From Candidatus Yanofskybacteria bacterium (GTDB lineage Bacteria > Patescibacteriota > Minisyncoccia > 2-02-FULL-40-12 > GWA2-44-9), in assembly GCA_003151795.1 (NCBI GenBank), contig PLYL01000024.1:4953-68952 (forward strand): a stretch of DNA of 64,000 nucleotides, read 5' to 3'. The stretch's first letter is position 1; each line of letters opens with the position of its first letter. The notes under the pieces are model-generated. The model searched no databases and was not told the origin of the DNA. It saw only the letters and a list, made by a program, of their open reading frames with translations. The position numbers and the translations under genes were made by a program. Shown piece by piece: positions 62,208 to 64,000 of this stretch.

Positions 62208-62363
62208 TCATAATCATGTTGATTTTCTTCCAGTGGCCGGATAAAATGAAGAAAGGTAAGAGGTCAGACCCCTTTTTATGGCGTCTCATTTTGCCGAGTA
62301 TCACCGACCTGTAGGTATCCAAATCTGGAGATGAGGCAAAATTATTGAAGCCGTCTTAAAATT

Positions 62364-62963
62364 ATGACTAAAAAATTCACCTTGTTTTTAACTGCTCAGG
62401 ACACAGAATTTCTCCATGATGTTGCGATAGTTATTAATACAAAGGATAAAAGTTATGAAATAAATATGGATCCTCAAAAAAAGAAATCGGAAGACCCTGG
62501 GTGGTGGTACTTGCAGGCATATGGATTCTATTCAACTTTTAAAATTCTTCTTGATTTATTTAAATCAAGTCCTTCAAAAAGTTTTATTGGTACATCAGCC
62601 GTATATACCTTAGGAATTGCTACAGAGCTTTATCTAAAAACATTTTTACTAATTAGTGGGTATCCATATCAAGATGTGATTAATTTCAAACATGATTTAA
62701 AAAATTTAAGATTAGAATGTCATAAAATTGATACAAACTTTGATAATTCTGACCTAATTTTTATTACTGATAACCTTGGCTCAGTTATTATGGATAACGG
62801 AGGGATAAGATATCCAGTCAATTCTAAAAGTGCAGCTGTAGCTGACCCCATAATGATAGATGCAATATCATGGCTAGATTCTTACGTAAGACTATTAATT
62901 TCTATTGAAACAAAAAATACTGGTGGGCTAGAATATATTAGTATGAAGCCTGTTTTAAAATAG
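62364..62963 (+). CDS. HEPN-like protein
   Basis: ELYLK..L, HDL..L, RYP. Confidence 0.6.
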   Translation: MTKKFTLFLTAQDTEFLHDVAIVINTKDKSYEINMDPQKKKSEDPGWWYLQAYGFYSTFKILLDLFKSSPSKSFIGTSAVYTLGIATELYLKTFLLISGYPYQDVINFKHDLKNLRLECHKIDTNFDNSDLIFITDNLGSVIMDNGGIRYPVNSKSAAVADPIMIDAISWLDSYVRLLISIETKNTGGLEYISMKPVLK

Positions 62964-63044
62964 AGTATCACCGATTTATAGGCATCCGAACTACGATCGC
63001 TGGAAAGCCCTTGAAATTGGCTAGTTTTTTGCTAGGATGAAAAT

Positions 63045-63767
63045 ATGATTGACGAGCAAATAAAAGAACAGGCCATAGAATTTGCTAAGAAAAACAAACT
63101 TAAGATTGCTAAAGAAATAGCCAGTTTCGATGTTTATAAACCTGAGGTCACTCCAATTTCTGTGTTTATGGCAGGTTCGCCGGGTGCTGGTAAAACGGAG
63201 TTTTCTAAAGAACTTATTCGTATTTTGGAATCGGACGGTACTGAACGGAGAGTAATTAGAATTGATGCCGATGAAATCAGACCAATATTGCCAGGGTATA
63301 CAGGAAATAATTCTTATTTATTTCAATACCCGGTTTCTTTAGTCGTAGAGAAGGTTCATGACTTAGCGTTGCACAATAAACAGAGCTTTATTTTAGATAC
63401 AACTTTTGCCAATCCAGAGAAAGCAAGATATAATGTTGGCAGGTCTCTTGATAAAGAACGTCCTGTTTATATCTTCTATCTTTATCAAAAACCGGAAGTT
63501 GCGTGGAAATTTACAAAAGCTCGCGAAGAAATAGAGGGTCGTCAAATACCGCGGCAGGCCTTTATAGAGGAATTTGTCGGGGCAAGAGAAGCGATAAATG
63601 CTATGTTAGAAAAATATAATGACAATATTACCGTCTTTCTGGTTGTAAAAGATTTTGAAAAAAATACTGTTAATGATATTATTCCCATACTTGGAGGAGG
63701 AGTGAATGTTGACGAATATTTGCCGAAAGTGTATAGTAGAGATGAATTAGATAAAATAATATTATGA
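63045..63767 (+). CDS. Zeta toxin family P-loop kinase
   Basis: MAGSPGAGKTE, IDADE.R, LD.T, RE..EGR. Confidence 0.85.
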   Translation: MIDEQIKEQAIEFAKKNKLKIAKEIASFDVYKPEVTPISVFMAGSPGAGKTEFSKELIRILESDGTERRVIRIDADEIRPILPGYTGNNSYLFQYPVSLVVEKVHDLALHNKQSFILDTTFANPEKARYNVGRSLDKERPVYIFYLYQKPEVAWKFTKAREEIEGRQIPRQAFIEEFVGAREAINAMLEKYNDNITVFLVVKDFEKNTVNDIIPILGGGVNVDEYLPKVYSRDELDKIIL

Positions 63768-63943
63768 AATTAAATATTTTAAAAACAAAAAAAGATCTTA
63801 AAAAACCAGGGAAGTTTGCCGATTTCTTTTTAAACGCTTCTGAAAATAAAAAGAAACAAATAATCAGACAAGCTGCCGAACGGGCCAACAAAGACCAGTA
63901 CGAGGTATTTATAAAGTCTCGGGTTGGCACAAAAACTCCCTAA
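63764..63943 (+). CDS. 59-aa partner ORF of the zeta toxin (putative antitoxin; not in ORF track)
   Basis: ATGA overlap; MKLNILKTKK...FADFFLNAS..KKKQII.QA...AN.DQ...KTP*. Confidence 0.6.
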   Translation: MKLNILKTKKDLKKPGKFADFFLNASENKKKQIIRQAAERANKDQYEVFIKSRVGTKTP

Positions 63944-63944
63944 G

Positions 63945-63991
63945 TTCAATAACTATAAAAGCCCCATGGTGGGGCTTTTATAGTTATTGAA
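63945..63991. terminator. Perfect 22-bp hairpin
   Basis: ttcaataactataaaagcccca-tgg-tggggcttttatagttattgaa. Confidence 0.7.
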
Positions 63992-64000
63992 AACCCTTGA

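Overview
Bacterial chromosome segment in the standard code. Gene content and style (short palindromes inside genes, apparently leaderless genes, intron-split tRNA-Asn) suggest Patescibacteria/CPR; this is inference. 1-18.5 kb is housekeeping: ychF, trpS, rnj, tRNA-Leu, secG, uvrC, groES/EL, lemA, htpX, murD, murA. Two large-serine-recombinase islands lie in tandem at the 3' end of tRNA-Ser(GGA), delimited by CCGC cores at 18621, 42425 and 46167; removing both restores a tRNA ending G-CCA. Island 1 (~23.8 kb) carries a type I R-M operon with extra nuclease-like genes, two odd paralogous tRNAs, a candidate structured RNA and a terminase/methylase module with no capsid, portal or tail genes. Island 2 (~3.7 kb) is the most striking feature: it holds an internal, inverted 317-bp replica of its own predicted circle junction, which encodes an alternative in-frame C-terminus for its recombinase. 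After dnaG-rpoD, two identical tRNA-Asn(GTT) genes face each other across ~7.4 kb of small accessory genes, each split at anticodon position 35/36 by a different group I intron. The window ends in a defence-like cluster (GHKL ATPase, HEPN-like, zeta toxin). Protein calls come from motif recognition only; no searches were run.
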